A stretch of 64,000 nucleotides of DNA from Nitrospirota bacterium (GCA_963796285.1 CAWCKW010000012.1:1792001-1856000); one strand, 5' to 3'; counted from the first letter of the stretch, positions 29,354 through 40,549 are shown. Numbers and translations: made by a program. The notes: generated from the sequence alone by a model not told the origin.

Positions 29354-29541
29354 GATGATCTGGTAACGATGCATAATCTACCGCGGAGACCCGGAGAAAT
29401 ACATGTTGAATATAATGAGGATTTTCTCTGCGTCTCTGCTTGTGCCCGCGTTTTGGCTTGTCCCCGCGCTATCGCAAGAGCAGGGGGCAACAGCAGGGTA
29501 CGTCTCAGCGGTTAAATTCGATTTATGAATGTGGATCCACC
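29354..29541. mobile_element. MITE-like repeat, family R2, with 62-nt insert
   Basis: GATGATCTGGTAA...GTCTCAGCGGTTAAATTCGA...GATCCACC flanked by direct AAATT. Confidence 0.6.
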
Positions 29542-29559
29542 AAATTTGAAATCTACAGT

Positions 29560-30480
29560 ATGAACACCGTCACCCTCAAAACATTCCTCCATCCCCGGTA
29601 CTGGTATGCATGGCCGGTCCTGGCGCTCATGCTCGTCATGAGCTGGATGCCTTCACGCGTGCTCTGGGTCCTGGGCAGCGGACTCGGTGCGTTCGTGTCC
29701 TGGTTCCCTACCTCCAACCGCCGCTTTGCCGAGCGCAATATCGAGCTTTGCTTTCCGGAAATGGGCACACAGGATCGCATTCATCTCGTGAAACAGCATT
29801 TTCGCTTGACTGGTTTTGCCATGATAAGCCTCAGCGTAGCCTGGTTTGCGCCACGATGGAGAGTCGAACGATTTATCACCCTGCGCCATCAGCATCTGCT
29901 GGATGAGGCGCTGGCAAGCGGGAAAAAGGTCATCCTGTTCGCACCACATTTCATCAGCCTGGACATGGGAGGCGCCCGCCTGTCTGCAATGAGGGACAGG
30001 AAGTTCGTCAGCATGTACCGCAAATCCAGGGACCCCTTGCTCGAATACCTGTTCCAGCGACGGGGCAGGTTTGGCGGCGTGGTGGTGGAACGTATGGCCA
30101 GCTTGAGACTGATCATCCGCGCTATCAGGGAAGGGCGGGTTTTTTACTACCTGCCGGACCAGGACATGGGGGAGCGCGCGAGCGTCTTTGTTCCCTTCTT
30201 CGGCATCCCCACGGCGACCGTCACTACGCTCAGCCGCATTGCAGAGACCTCGAACGCCGTGGTCATCCCCTGCCTTACCCGCATCCTGCCGCACGGCCGC
30301 GGTTACGAGGTGATCCTGCACCCGCCGTTAGAGAACTTCCCTACCAGTGACCCTGTTGCCGATGCACGGTACATGAACGAGCAGATCGAGCAGTGGGTCC
30401 GCGAAATGCCGGACCAGTACATGTGGTCCTACCGCCGCTTCAAGACCCGGCCGAACAACGAGCCGTCGTTCTACGAATAA
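29560..30480 (+). CDS. Lipid A lauroyl/myristoyl acyltransferase (LpxL/HtrB family)
   Basis: PHFISLD (HxxxxD), YLPDQD, FVPFFG and QYMWSYRRFKTRP motifs. Confidence 0.9.
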   Translation: MNTVTLKTFLHPRYWYAWPVLALMLVMSWMPSRVLWVLGSGLGAFVSWFPTSNRRFAERNIELCFPEMGTQDRIHLVKQHFRLTGFAMISLSVAWFAPRWRVERFITLRHQHLLDEALASGKKVILFAPHFISLDMGGARLSAMRDRKFVSMYRKSRDPLLEYLFQRRGRFGGVVVERMASLRLIIRAIREGRVFYYLPDQDMGERASVFVPFFGIPTATVTTLSRIAETSNAVVIPCLTRILPHGRGYEVILHPPLENFPTSDPVADARYMNEQIEQWVREMPDQYMWSYRRFKTRPNNEPSFYE

Positions 30481-30718
30481 GATCCCTGCATCAATGCCGT
30501 ACTGTGAAATAATCTGCCGATCGACTTGCCGCAAGAGCAACGAATATACGGGATGGAAGCACTGTCCGGATTATTGGCTGGTGTATGAACGTTCGAAGAG
30601 GTTTGCTGATCTTCAGGAAATGGTTTGGATCTCGGACGTCGCTACGGGCAAACGACTTTATTTGACGGAGCGATCCCGCGTGGTTACGCTGAATGCGGCT
30701 GGCCAGAGCGTGCCGCCC

Positions 30719-32905
30719 TTATTGATTTGCGGTCTTGTTCTCCCTCCGGGAAATGCTTCCGATCTCTGTTGACCGGGAGATCATGGTCCCTGACGAGAAG
30801 AGCAGCCTGCCCGCGGTGATCACCTCCCGCTTCAGGATTGAATCGGATGAGAGCGAAAGGTCTGTATCTGTTCCATGAAGAGGCGACAGATCCTTTGCCC
30901 AGCAAGCACCAACAACGAGGTACCGGTATGCGGGTACGACGGCCTTGATCTCTTTCATGATAGAAGAACTTGAACCATAGTTCATCGATGCGCCCATCTT
31001 CCGGGCCAGAGCCTGTATGATCTGCCAGTCCGGCCTCGATTCCCCTATCGGCTCCTCTGCCTTGTCAATACGCCCCAACCGCCGTTCGAGATTCGTGACC
31101 GTCCCGGTCTTCTCAACAAAACTAGCCGCGGGAAACACCACGTCGGCTATTTTCGCTGTCTCGGTCAGGAAGATGTCCTGTACAACCAGAAAGTCGAGCT
31201 TCCTGAGCACGGATGCGATCTCAGGGGAATTGCCGACCGGGTCATCTCCCATGATATAGAGGGCGGCGAGCGTTCCCGATGCAATGCTGTTCAGCATTTC
31301 GATGGCGTTCAGGCCCGGCGTCTCCGGCAATACAATGCTCCCTGTTGTTTTATATTGTGCAGCGGCGACCGGGCTGATCGATTGATAGCCGGGATAATAA
31401 TCCGGCAGGATCCCCATATCGAGCGCGCCCTGAAGATTGCCGCGCCGGACGAGCGGAACGAGGGTCGTCTGTCCCAGCAAAAGAGCGAGATACCGTGCGC
31501 GGTACAGTACCGCGGGCGGCGGTTCAGACGGCAGGATGATCGAAACGCGTCTCGCCGTCATGAGCAGGCTCACCGCCGCGGCAATGTCCTTACCTTTCTG
31601 GCGGGTATCTCCACCAACCGCTGCGATCAGGTCGATGAGCGCCGCTTCCGCGTCCCTTGCAATCAACAGAACCGACGCGAGCCGGTCGAACTTGTTGACC
31701 TGGCCGTTCAGCAGGATCAGCTTTTTCCCCTTTTGGTTCACCGCGCGCACGATCTCGATGCCCGTCAATGGATTGATCTCGCCCACGTCACGCTCCAGAA
31801 CAAGGACCGCGTCACTCTCGCCAATGGACACAAGTTCGGGTGAGAAGTATGCCGTATTCATACCCACCGGCATCTTGAGCCGCGCGAGCAGGTCGATGTT
31901 GTTCGTGCCGACCACCATGCGCATGAACTTCTGGAACAGGTAGTTGTCCTCGTTCGTCGTCCTGATGGAACCCAGGCCCCCGATGCTCGCCGCGCCGCGC
32001 TTTCCCTTGATCATTTGCAGCGTGTCGGCAACACGGGTCAATGCCTCGTCCCACGTGCAGTCGATCAACTCGCTGCCCACCCGCATCTTCGGCTGGGTCA
32101 GCCGCTCTTCGTGGTGCACGGCGTCCCATCCGAAGCGGCCCCGTGCGCACAGAAAATTGTTTTGTGCCGGACTGACCCGAACCACGCGGCCCTTGTGGGT
32201 CTGCAGTTTTATCGGGCAGCCGTTGCCGCAGTACAGGCACGTCGATCCTGCTTCTTCAAGGCTCCACGTCCTCGCCTTGTACTTGAACTGTCTCGTCGTC
32301 AGGGCCCCGACCGGGCAGATCTCCACGCACTCCCCGCAGAACTCGCAATCGAGCGGCCGGTCGCACGACGTGCTGATGCGCGACTTGCCGCCGCGCCGCG
32401 TGAACGCGAGCTCGTTCACCGCGTTCTGTTCCTTGCAGATACGGACGCACTTGCCGCACAGGATGCAGCGGTCCGTATTGCGCTCGATGACAGCCGACGC
32501 GAAATCGGGCGGCAGCTTCCTTTTTACCTCCGCAAACGCGCCCTGGTCCAGCCCATGCTCATGCACGAGGTCCTGGAGCCGGCAGTCGCCCGCCTTGTCG
32601 CATACCGGACAGTCGAGGGGATGGTTGATGAGCAGGAATTCAAGAATGGACTTCCGGGCCTCGAGGATCGCCGGGGACATTGTCCGGATCACCATGCCTT
32701 CCGCTGCCGGCGTGACGCATGAGGCCACCATCCTGCGCGGAGTGCCCATCACCTCGACCATGCAGATCCGGCACGCGCCGTAAGGATGGAGCCGGTCGTC
32801 ATTGCACAGCGTCGGCACCCGCGCTCCTGCCGCGTTCGCCGCGTCGAGGAGGGTGGAGCCGATGGGAATAGTCACGGTCTTGTCGTCAATGGTCAGGGTA
32901 GGCAT
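30719..32905 (-). CDS. NuoG/FdhA-like Fe-S protein with molybdopterin-fold domain, probably non-catalytic
   Basis: GACRICMVE, HPLDCPVCDKAGDC, CILCGKCVRIC, CEFCGECVEICP and CLYCGNGC motifs. GTNNIDLLARLK has no FDH Cys/Sec ligand. Confidence 0.85.
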   Translation of the reverse strand: MPTLTIDDKTVTIPIGSTLLDAANAAGARVPTLCNDDRLHPYGACRICMVEVMGTPRRMVASCVTPAAEGMVIRTMSPAILEARKSILEFLLINHPLDCPVCDKAGDCRLQDLVHEHGLDQGAFAEVKRKLPPDFASAVIERNTDRCILCGKCVRICKEQNAVNELAFTRRGGKSRISTSCDRPLDCEFCGECVEICPVGALTTRQFKYKARTWSLEEAGSTCLYCGNGCPIKLQTHKGRVVRVSPAQNNFLCARGRFGWDAVHHEERLTQPKMRVGSELIDCTWDEALTRVADTLQMIKGKRGAASIGGLGSIRTTNEDNYLFQKFMRMVVGTNNIDLLARLKMPVGMNTAYFSPELVSIGESDAVLVLERDVGEINPLTGIEIVRAVNQKGKKLILLNGQVNKFDRLASVLLIARDAEAALIDLIAAVGGDTRQKGKDIAAAVSLLMTARRVSIILPSEPPPAVLYRARYLALLLGQTTLVPLVRRGNLQGALDMGILPDYYPGYQSISPVAAAQYKTTGSIVLPETPGLNAIEMLNSIASGTLAALYIMGDDPVGNSPEIASVLRKLDFLVVQDIFLTETAKIADVVFPAASFVEKTGTVTNLERRLGRIDKAEEPIGESRPDWQIIQALARKMGASMNYGSSSSIMKEIKAVVPAYRYLVVGACWAKDLSPLHGTDTDLSLSSDSILKREVITAGRLLFSSGTMISRSTEIGSISRRENKTANQ

Positions 32906-32977
32906 AATGTACAATTCCAAATCGCAAAACAATAAAAGTGCATCCGGCTAGTCTCGTCCGGGTTAGTAACTAAGTAA

Positions 32978-33337
32978 TTAAATTCTACTCAAAACGGCAA
33001 GAATATTTCTCGCAAAGGCGCAAAGCGCGCAAAGAAAGGCTACATTATTTGTTTTTTTGTAACTATTCAGCTTGCTCGCAATTATTGAGAATAACAACCC
33101 GTTCAGTTCTGCGATAACAACCAGTTTCGTCATTCCCGAACGCTTTAATCGGGAATCCAGAGATTTTTAAGGCCGCTGGATCCCCGACAGGGTCATTCGG
33201 GGATGACGGACATCGGAGACGTGAATAGTTACATTTTTTTAAAGGCCAGTACTAAAGATTTTCTTGGCGTCCTTTGCGGCTTTGCGCGAGACGCCTTTTA
33301 GACGTTGCCTTTTGGTTCCGGGGCTGGTCCGGGTCAG
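32978..33337. repeat. Family R1 repeat interrupted by a MITE
   Basis: Both halves align with 10330-10553. Confidence 0.8.
33059..33232. mobile_element. 174-bp MITE carrying a CGTC-type REP dimer
   Basis: Perfect 11-bp TIR GTAACTATTCA / TGAATAGTTAC, flanks GTTTTTTT / ATTTTTTT. Internal CGTCATTCCCGA...CGGGAATCCAG...CTGGATCCCCG...CGGGGATGACG at 33128-33208. Confidence 0.8.
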
Positions 33338-34635
33338 ACCCTGGCGTTCGCCTTCGCCCGGCACGACCTTTCATCGCAGCCTTCCTTGCGGATACAGCGT
33401 TCGTAATCACCACGGAAATGCCTAATGCTCGACATCACCGGCTGAAGCGCCCCTTCACCGAGGGGACAGAAGCATTTGCCTTTCATCTTGCCGCAGATGG
33501 AGAGCAGGACATCGATGTCGCTCTCCCTGCCCTCGCCCCGCATCATGCGATCGTAGATTTGGGAGAACCATCCCGTGCCTTCCCGGCAGGGAGTGCACTT
33601 GCCGCACGATTCGTGCTCGAAGAAGCGGACGATGACCGACGTCGCCTTCACCATGCAGGTCCTGTCGTCCATAACGATCACCGCGCCCGAACCGAGCATG
33701 GACCCGGTAGCAGCGAGCGAGTTGAAGTCCATCCTGACATCAAGATGCCTGGCCGTAAGCATCGGCGTCGATACCCCGCCGGGAATGATCGCCTTGAGGT
33801 CCCTGCCTTCCCTGATGCCGCCGGCATGGATATAAATGATCTCCCGGAGCGTCGTGCCCATCGGGAGCTCGTACCCGCCCGGTCTGTTCACCGCGCCGCT
33901 GACGCTGAAGATCTTCGTTCCCGTCGAACCTTCCACGCCGATCCCGGCGAAGGCATCGGACCCGAGGCCGATGACAAAGGGCACATTGGCAAGCGTCTCT
34001 ACGTTGTTCACGACCGTGGGCTTGCCCCAGGCCCCCGCATTCACGGGAAACGGCGGCCGCACGCGGGGCTGGCCGCGCCTGCCCTCAAGAGACTCGATAA
34101 GCGAGGTCTCCTCGCCGCAAATGTACGCGCCTGCTCCACAATGGACCGTGAGACCGAAGGAGACGCCTTTTTCCCCGATCTGCTTCCCGAGAAGCCCTTT
34201 CTCACCGGCCTGGTCGATCGCTCGTTCGAGAATACCGGCAACAGCGGGGTACTCGCCCCGCACGTAAATGTACCCCTGTTCAGCACCGATGGCGTAGCCG
34301 GCTATGATCATGCCTTCGATCAGAAGATGCGGGTCCTGTTCAAGGATGAAGCGGTCCTTGAACGTCCCCGGCTCGCCCTCGTCGGCATTGCAGACAAGGT
34401 ACTTCGGCGTTTTCCAGTCCATGGCCGCAAACGACCATTTCGTACCCGTTGGAAAACCCGCGCCGCCCCTTCCGCGCAGCCCGGAACGTCTTACCTCATC
34501 GATCACATCCACGGGCCGCATCGCGTACGCCTTCGTGACCGATGCGTAGGCCCCATACGCCATGGCCACATCAATGTCCGTGGAGTTCTGGATATGGGTC
34601 CTTTTGAGCAGCATTGTTTCCATCAGGTCATCCAT
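33334..34635 (-). CDS. nuoF: NADH dehydrogenase flavoprotein subunit (NuoF)
   Basis: SGLRGRGGAGFPTG, CNADEGEPGTFKDR, GAGAYICGEET and ESCGKCTPCREG motifs. Confidence 0.93.
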   Translation of the reverse strand: MDDLMETMLLKRTHIQNSTDIDVAMAYGAYASVTKAYAMRPVDVIDEVRRSGLRGRGGAGFPTGTKWSFAAMDWKTPKYLVCNADEGEPGTFKDRFILEQDPHLLIEGMIIAGYAIGAEQGYIYVRGEYPAVAGILERAIDQAGEKGLLGKQIGEKGVSFGLTVHCGAGAYICGEETSLIESLEGRRGQPRVRPPFPVNAGAWGKPTVVNNVETLANVPFVIGLGSDAFAGIGVEGSTGTKIFSVSGAVNRPGGYELPMGTTLREIIYIHAGGIREGRDLKAIIPGGVSTPMLTARHLDVRMDFNSLAATGSMLGSGAVIVMDDRTCMVKATSVIVRFFEHESCGKCTPCREGTGWFSQIYDRMMRGEGRESDIDVLLSICGKMKGKCFCPLGEGALQPVMSSIRHFRGDYERCIRKEGCDERSCRAKANARV

Positions 34636-34763
34636 TCATGACAGGCGCACAACCAATAAAAAAACCGATCGGAGACATATTCGAACAACGGTTAGAATAC
34701 GTTTTACTACGTCTCATCCTTAATATTGAGTCAAGTTTTTAAGGCTGACCGTGAAAACTCAAG

Positions 34764-34844
34764 CCCCTCACCTTAAATCCGCGTCCCGATCGGAGAGGAA
34801 AGAAACTCCCTCGCCCCATGGGCGGAGAGGGCTGGGGTCGAGGG
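34764..34844. repeat. CCCCTCACC...GAGGG palindromic repeat
   Basis: CCCCTCACC..TCC..TCCC..GGAGAGG and TCCCTCGCCCC..GGAGAGGGCTGGGGTCGAGGG between nuoE and nuoF. Confidence 0.55.
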
Positions 34845-34914
34845 ACCTGGTTTTTGCGATGCACTCGTCAGGTCTCGAGGTATCTGCCTCGTTACCTGCT
34901 TTTATTCAGGACCA

Positions 34915-35379
34915 TCACTCGTACTGTTTCAGGATCCCGTCTATTTTCTCCGGCGTCAAATTTCCGTGATAGTCCTCATCGACCAGCATGGCGGGAGCGC
35001 CGTCGCATCTGCCGATGCACTCGATCCTCTGGAAGGAGAAGCGTCCATCAGCGGTGACCTGCCCTTCGCCAGCACCGAGTGTGCGGCCGAGATGGTCGAG
35101 GATCGTTTCTGCGCCGAGGAGCGAACACGGGAGGTTGTGGCAGACGGAGATCACGTGTCTTCCGGCGGGCTTCCACCGCAGGAGCGCATAGAAGGTGGCG
35201 GTGCCGTAGACCTCCGACTCAGGCACGTTCAGCAGGTCCGCGATGGACCGCATCGCGTCATCGGGAAGGTGGCCGATCTCTTCCTGCACGATGTGCAGGG
35301 CGGGCAGCACGGCTGCGCGGGCGTCGGGATAGTGAAGGCGCTTCTCGTGGATCCGCGCTATTGCGCCGGGGCTCAGCAT
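34915..35379 (-). CDS. nuoE: NADH dehydrogenase 2Fe-2S subunit (NuoE)
   Basis: ATFY, VCHNLPC and ECIGRCDGAP motifs. Confidence 0.92.
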   Translation of the reverse strand: MLSPGAIARIHEKRLHYPDARAAVLPALHIVQEEIGHLPDDAMRSIADLLNVPESEVYGTATFYALLRWKPAGRHVISVCHNLPCSLLGAETILDHLGRTLGAGEGQVTADGRFSFQRIECIGRCDGAPAMLVDEDYHGNLTPEKIDGILKQYE

Positions 35380-35381
35380 GA

Positions 35382-35861
35382 CTACCGTCTTGTCCTGCCG
35401 AACATATAACCGGCCATGTCAACATGGCTCGCGTTCATCCTCCGGATCACCGTGCTGATCTCATGGATGACATTGATCAGGACCTTGTTCCCGATGCGGG
35501 GATAGGACTCCAGGACGCGGTCGAAATCGGGACGCTGGAGCGACAACACGACGGTGCCGTCCTCCGCGACGATCGTTGAAGCGGAGTGCGGTTTGCTGTC
35601 GAAGAAGGAAAATTCGCCGAAGAAGTCGCCTGCTCTCAGCACGGTGAGCGTCATGGGGTCGCCATCGATGCTCGTCTTGGTCACATCCACCTTGCCCTTG
35701 CGAATGATATAGACGCAGGCGCAGCCTACTTCGTTCTCGCGGTACACCGTGTGACCTTCGGGAAAGGTATCGCGGGTCATGGCATTCGCCATGATCATGA
35801 GCTCTTCTTCGGTCAACCCGGCGAACAACGATATACTTTCAATGTCCCTGCTCGGTATCAT
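35382..35861 (-). CDS. Stand-alone cyclic-nucleotide-binding domain protein
   Basis: LFAGL, GDFFGEFSFFD..PHSAS motifs; no HTH; 2 nt upstream of nuoE. Confidence 0.88.
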   Translation of the reverse strand: MIPSRDIESISLFAGLTEEELMIMANAMTRDTFPEGHTVYRENEVGCACVYIIRKGKVDVTKTSIDGDPMTLTVLRAGDFFGEFSFFDSKPHSASTIVAEDGTVVLSLQRPDFDRVLESYPRIGNKVLINVIHEISTVIRRMNASHVDMAGYMFGRTRR

Positions 35862-36311
35862 GGCGTCCTCCCTGATATGACGACTCTGTTTGTCGGCTTC
35901 TTATCGCTCATCCCGCTAACGCGATCTGCTGCCGGATCCCCGGTTAAGCGAAAAACGATTGGACGTACACCACCTCAATTCACAGTTAGCAGAGGTTGTG
36001 CTGTATTGATTTCATGGCCATGGCATGAGGTCATTGTAGGTAACATATTTATTTGCAAAGGTCAATATTATTTGAAGCACCGTGTTATATTATTGTATCA
36101 AAAAGAGAACGACTGAGATCGTTGTGCGTGATCTAAAGGTACATAAGGCGCGCCGGCATATTCCACTGGTACTTTAGTCATCTCACTAAACGCCTGACTG
36201 TATAATGCACACCACTCCAGCATGTTTTTCTAATTGCAATACCTATTGAAAGAGAGTATTTTTTTCTAACTGGCCCCCCGTGAAGCAACGAATAACAATG
36301 AGAGAAACCGT

Positions 36312-39000
36312 ATGAAACGCAACGAGGCACCCATGGCATGGGAGACGATCTTTCAGGCGATCGGGCATCCTGCCATTCTTCTCGATCCTGAACATAACGT
36401 GATCGCCGCGAACAGCGCGAGCATCCGGTTAACGGGCAAGTCTCATAAGGATATAATCGGCAAGAAATGCTTTGAGATCTTCCATGGACCAGGCGCCAAC
36501 ACTCCTCCCGAGTGTTGCGCGATGAAAAAGATGCTTGCGTCGGGACGTCTGGAAACATCCGAAATAGAGATCGAATTTCTCGGAGGTTTTTTCCATGTTA
36601 CGTGCACACCTATTTTTGATGAACAGGGCAATCTGGACAAGATTCTCCATATCGCCACGGACATCACCGGGCTCAAGCGGGCCGAAAAAGAGCTGCGTGA
36701 AAACGAGGCCAAACTCAGAGCGATCTTTGAAAATTCCATCGATGCTATCGGCGTAACAAAACAGGGGACCATTCTTTTCGTGAATCAGGCGTATGTTTCC
36801 CTTTTTGGATACACCAGCAGCGCCGAACTGGTCGGTACGTCGATCCAGAAGCTCGTCGCGCCAGAAGAAGGCGATACAGTCATGGACTACACCGTAAAGC
36901 GGGAACGAAAAGAAAAGGCTCCCAATTTCTATGAAACGCGTGGGTTGAGGAAGGACGGCACGGAATTTGACCTCGATATCCACGCCTCAACCTATACGCT
37001 TGATGGTGAGATCTATTCTCTTGTCATCCTCCGGGACATCACCGAGCGCAAGCAGACGGATCAGTTGATTTCCGAATCGCTTCGATTCAACCAGGCTATC
37101 GTCTCGACCTCGCCTATCGGGATTTTCACGTACCGGGCATCCGGCCCCTGTGTCTCCGCCAACGAGTCTGCAGCTCAGATCGTCGGCACCACGTTGAACT
37201 CGCTGCTTTCTCAAAATTTCCACAAGATTGAATCATGGAAGCGATCTGGGCTCTACGCTGTTGCGATGGAGGCTCTGAAAACGGATCGATCGGTCTCATC
37301 AGAGATCCATATCATCACGACCTTTCATGCTGACAAATGGGTATATGCGGTATGCACTCCCTTCCGGTCCGCTGGAGAACCGCACCTGCTTCTCATGTTA
37401 AATGACATCACCGAGCGCAAACAGGCAGAGACCGCACTGCTCGAGGCACGGGGATTTTCCGCGAATCTGCTCCGGTATTCCGCAAACGCTGCCTTTGTCC
37501 TGGATAAGTCGCACCGGATCATGCTCTGGAACAAGGCCTGCGAAGAGCTCACCGGCTGCCGTGAGTCCGAGATGATCGGCACCACTGATCAATGGAAACC
37601 CTTTTACGGCTCCATGCGGCCAACGGTCGCAGATGTCATTATCGACAACGACCTTGGCCGTCTTCCGGATCTCTATAAGAATTATTCGCAATCAGCGCTG
37701 AACCCTCAGGGGATCAAGGGTCGAGGGGTGGTACAAGAACCTTGGAGGCAAGGACAGATACATAGTCTTTGATGCATCGCCGATCTACAACAGTACGGGG
37801 GAGCTGATCGCCGCGATCGAAACGCTCCAGGACATAACGGAGGGCAAGCGGCTTGAAAAACAGCTACTGCAGTCACAGAAGATGGAAGCGATCGGCATCC
37901 TCGCGGGCGGGGTTGCCCATGATTTCAATAATATCCTTTCGGCGATAGTCGGCTATTCTCATTTGATGCTTTCGAAAATGCCTGCGAACGATCCGCTCAA
38001 GGGGAACCTGAAAGCGATCCTCCAGGCATCGGAACGGGCAACGACCCTGATCCAGGGCCTTCTTTCGTTCAGCAGGAAACAGCTCATCAGCCCGAAGCCC
38101 ACCGGCCTCAACGATATCGTGCTTCGATTTGAAGAGTTCCTGACAAGGCTGATCAGGGAAGACATCAAGATCATCACCACCTGTGCCGGTGGTGACCTCA
38201 CGATCTTTGCCGACCGCGGACAGATCGAACAACTGCTCATGAACCTCGTTACGAACGCACGGGACGCCATGCCGAAGGGCGGGACGATCACGATCCAAAC
38301 GCGGTCCGCGCATATTGACAAGCAGTACATCGAGGAACGCGGTTACGGAAAGGCAGGCCGCTACGCGCTCCTTACGGTTTCAGATAGCGGGGAAGGGATC
38401 GATGCGGAAACGAAGAGTAAAATTTTCGAACCCTTCTTTACAACCAAGGAGCAGGGAAAGGGCACCGGCCTCGGGCTTTCGATGGTGTATGGCATTGTCA
38501 AGCAGAATAATGGATACATCGATGTCGACAGTGAACCGGGCAGAGGCACCACATTCGAGATCTACCTGCCGCTCCTGGAAGGAGTTGTTGCGGAGAAACG
38601 AAGTGAGACGGAAGACCTCCCGGCAAAGGGAGGTTCAGAAACAATAATGATCGCAGAAGACAATGAGAACATTAGAGAGCTGTTCTCCACGATACTGCAG
38701 CATTATGGATACCGCGTGATCACGGCGGTAGATGGGGAAGATGCCGTCATCAAATTCTACGAGAACAGGGACCAGGTGAAGCTGGTCCTCCTCGACGGCA
38801 TCATGCCGAGGAAGAACGGAAAAGAGGCCTACGAGGAGATTCGGGTCATCAACCCCACTATTAAGGCAATCTTTGTAAGCGGATATGCTGAAGACATTAT
38901 CAGCAGGGAAGGCCTGCTGGACCAGGGCATCAACTTTATCCAGAAACCAGTCACGCCAGTGGTTCTGCTGAATAAAGTGAGGGAAGTCCTGGATGGGTAG
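36312..39000 (+). CDS. Multi-PAS hybrid histidine kinase with receiver (frameshift near 37720)
   Basis: Four PAS/PAC units (DITERK), LAGGVAHDFNN, NARDAM, GTGLGL, C-terminal REC. Confidence 0.9.
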
Positions 39001-39340
39001 GTGAGCAGCTTCGTGTTCTTACGAATGACGTGCGAACATAGAATAGAGTGGTTCAAATAAAACGCGTGATCTACCCATGGTTGCCCAGGGCGGACACCTG
39101 CTTGTCCACCAACCTCCGGCCTTCCTGGAAAAGACAACCGTCACTTCTTCGCTATCAACGCGATCGCCTTCTTCGCCTTTGAGCTTTCCAAGCGCGACCG
39201 CGGCATTCACCCAGGTCATGCCGAGGCAGGACCTCCTTGATTTTGACCTGCATATCTGATAAGGTAATCCGTACGTATCATCACTATCATATTGTGCGTG
39301 CCAGCTGATAAGATTACGTACGCGGGAAGGAAAATATCCT

Positions 39341-39928
39341 ATGGCTAAAATGGAACTCCCCCATCTGAAAGAACCCGCGGAAATAAGCGGATCGACCTTC
39401 ACGACACGTATCGTATTCACCATACTGCTCTTCGCCATGCTGCTTGCCATCACGTCCCTTGGCGAAAATAACGCCACGAAAGAAATGCTGCGCACCCAGC
39501 AGCTTGCAGCTGACCAGCGGGCATCCTACCAGTCGCAGATCATCGGTGAGAATCTGTATAAGACGAATGGCCTTCGCATGGAAGCGGACCTTCTCGAACG
39601 CGGCCGGGCAATGAAGCCGAATATCAGGAAACTGTATGGGGCCATGCTGAAAGACATGAAGGCTGAAGAGATTCGCTACCGTGAGGAAAAAAAGAAGAGC
39701 GAAGCAGAGGCCATAAATCTCGAAGCAAAACGGGACAGGAACCGCGCCAAAGGTCCCTATTTCGATTATGCCGAGTTCCTCTTGCTGCTATCCATCGTCA
39801 CCGCATCGGTCTCGATCCTTTCCGTCTCTCTCCGGCTTTTCACTTTCTCCATTGGCAGTGCAGCGCTCGGCACGCTCTTTATGCTGAACGGTTATTTTTT
39901 GATCTTCACGCTTCCTTTTTTCCACTAA
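39341..39928 (+). CDS. Membrane protein, DUF4337-like
   Basis: N-terminal TM, coiled coil, two C-terminal TMs after FDYAE. Confidence 0.65.
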   Translation: MAKMELPHLKEPAEISGSTFTTRIVFTILLFAMLLAITSLGENNATKEMLRTQQLAADQRASYQSQIIGENLYKTNGLRMEADLLERGRAMKPNIRKLYGAMLKDMKAEEIRYREEKKKSEAEAINLEAKRDRNRAKGPYFDYAEFLLLLSIVTASVSILSVSLRLFTFSIGSAALGTLFMLNGYFLIFTLPFFH

Positions 39929-40141
39929 GCGATCAAATGAATCTGAGAAGGTCTTCTCACGACTTTTATTCGCGTGATACTTGTTGTGGATTACAGGCCG
40001 GCCTTTTCATTGTCGCAAAACATTGGCTCCACGGCAAGAGTGAATATTGTGCTACACATTACCGGCCGGGTGCAAAGATTTTTCAAATCTGATATAATGA
40101 TTTTATTCTGTTGGCTTATTTTCTGAAAGGAGGTTTGTCAC

Positions 40142-40303
40142 ATGAAAAAAAGTTGGCTGTACTTATTGATTATGCTTGTCAGTTTGCTTGTTCTTTCAGC
40201 ATGCTTTCCGGTTGTTGTACCGGGACCGGGACCGGGACCAAGACCAATGCCAGGGCCGCGTCCCATTGCCCCGCTGCCGCCACCGCCGCCGCCATTTCCG
40301 TGA
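40142..40303 (+). CDS. 53-aa proline-rich lipoprotein
   Basis: AAAGGAGG RBS; MKKSWLYLLIMLVSLLVLSA-CFPVVVPGPGPGPRPMPGPRPIAPLPPPPPPFP. Below the track's length cutoff. Confidence 0.75.
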   Translation: MKKSWLYLLIMLVSLLVLSACFPVVVPGPGPGPRPMPGPRPIAPLPPPPPPFP

Positions 40304-40445
40304 ACACCGTGATCGTGATAACGGCAATGCCTCGCATTACATCCGATGCCAGCGGACGGGGGTTCCCGTTTCTTGTGTTGACTGGATCGGACGGTACCGG
40401 GTTGATGTACAGGCGAAGAAGATTAAACCCCTTGTAATTGTACTC

Positions 40446-40486
40446 GGCCTTCAGACGTATTGTATACTGTCTGAAGGCCCTTTTTT
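40446..40486 (+). terminator. Rho-independent terminator
   Basis: GGCCTTCAGAC...GTCTGAAGGCC followed by T6, between convergent genes. Confidence 0.75.
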
Positions 40487-40549
40487 ATGCTAATTGAAAA
40501 GCAATCCTTGCATGTTCCCGCTGTCGATAAACATGCGGTTGCCGGCATT

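Noticed and set aside
30719-32905. Formate dehydrogenase alpha subunit, possibly Sec-containing
   Set aside because: No Cys/Sec-His at the active-site position and no in-frame UGA.
39019-39219. Small minus-strand ORF (MTWVNAAVALGKLKG...) after AAGGAGG
   Set aside because: RBS spacing is long and no family is recognisable; unsupported.
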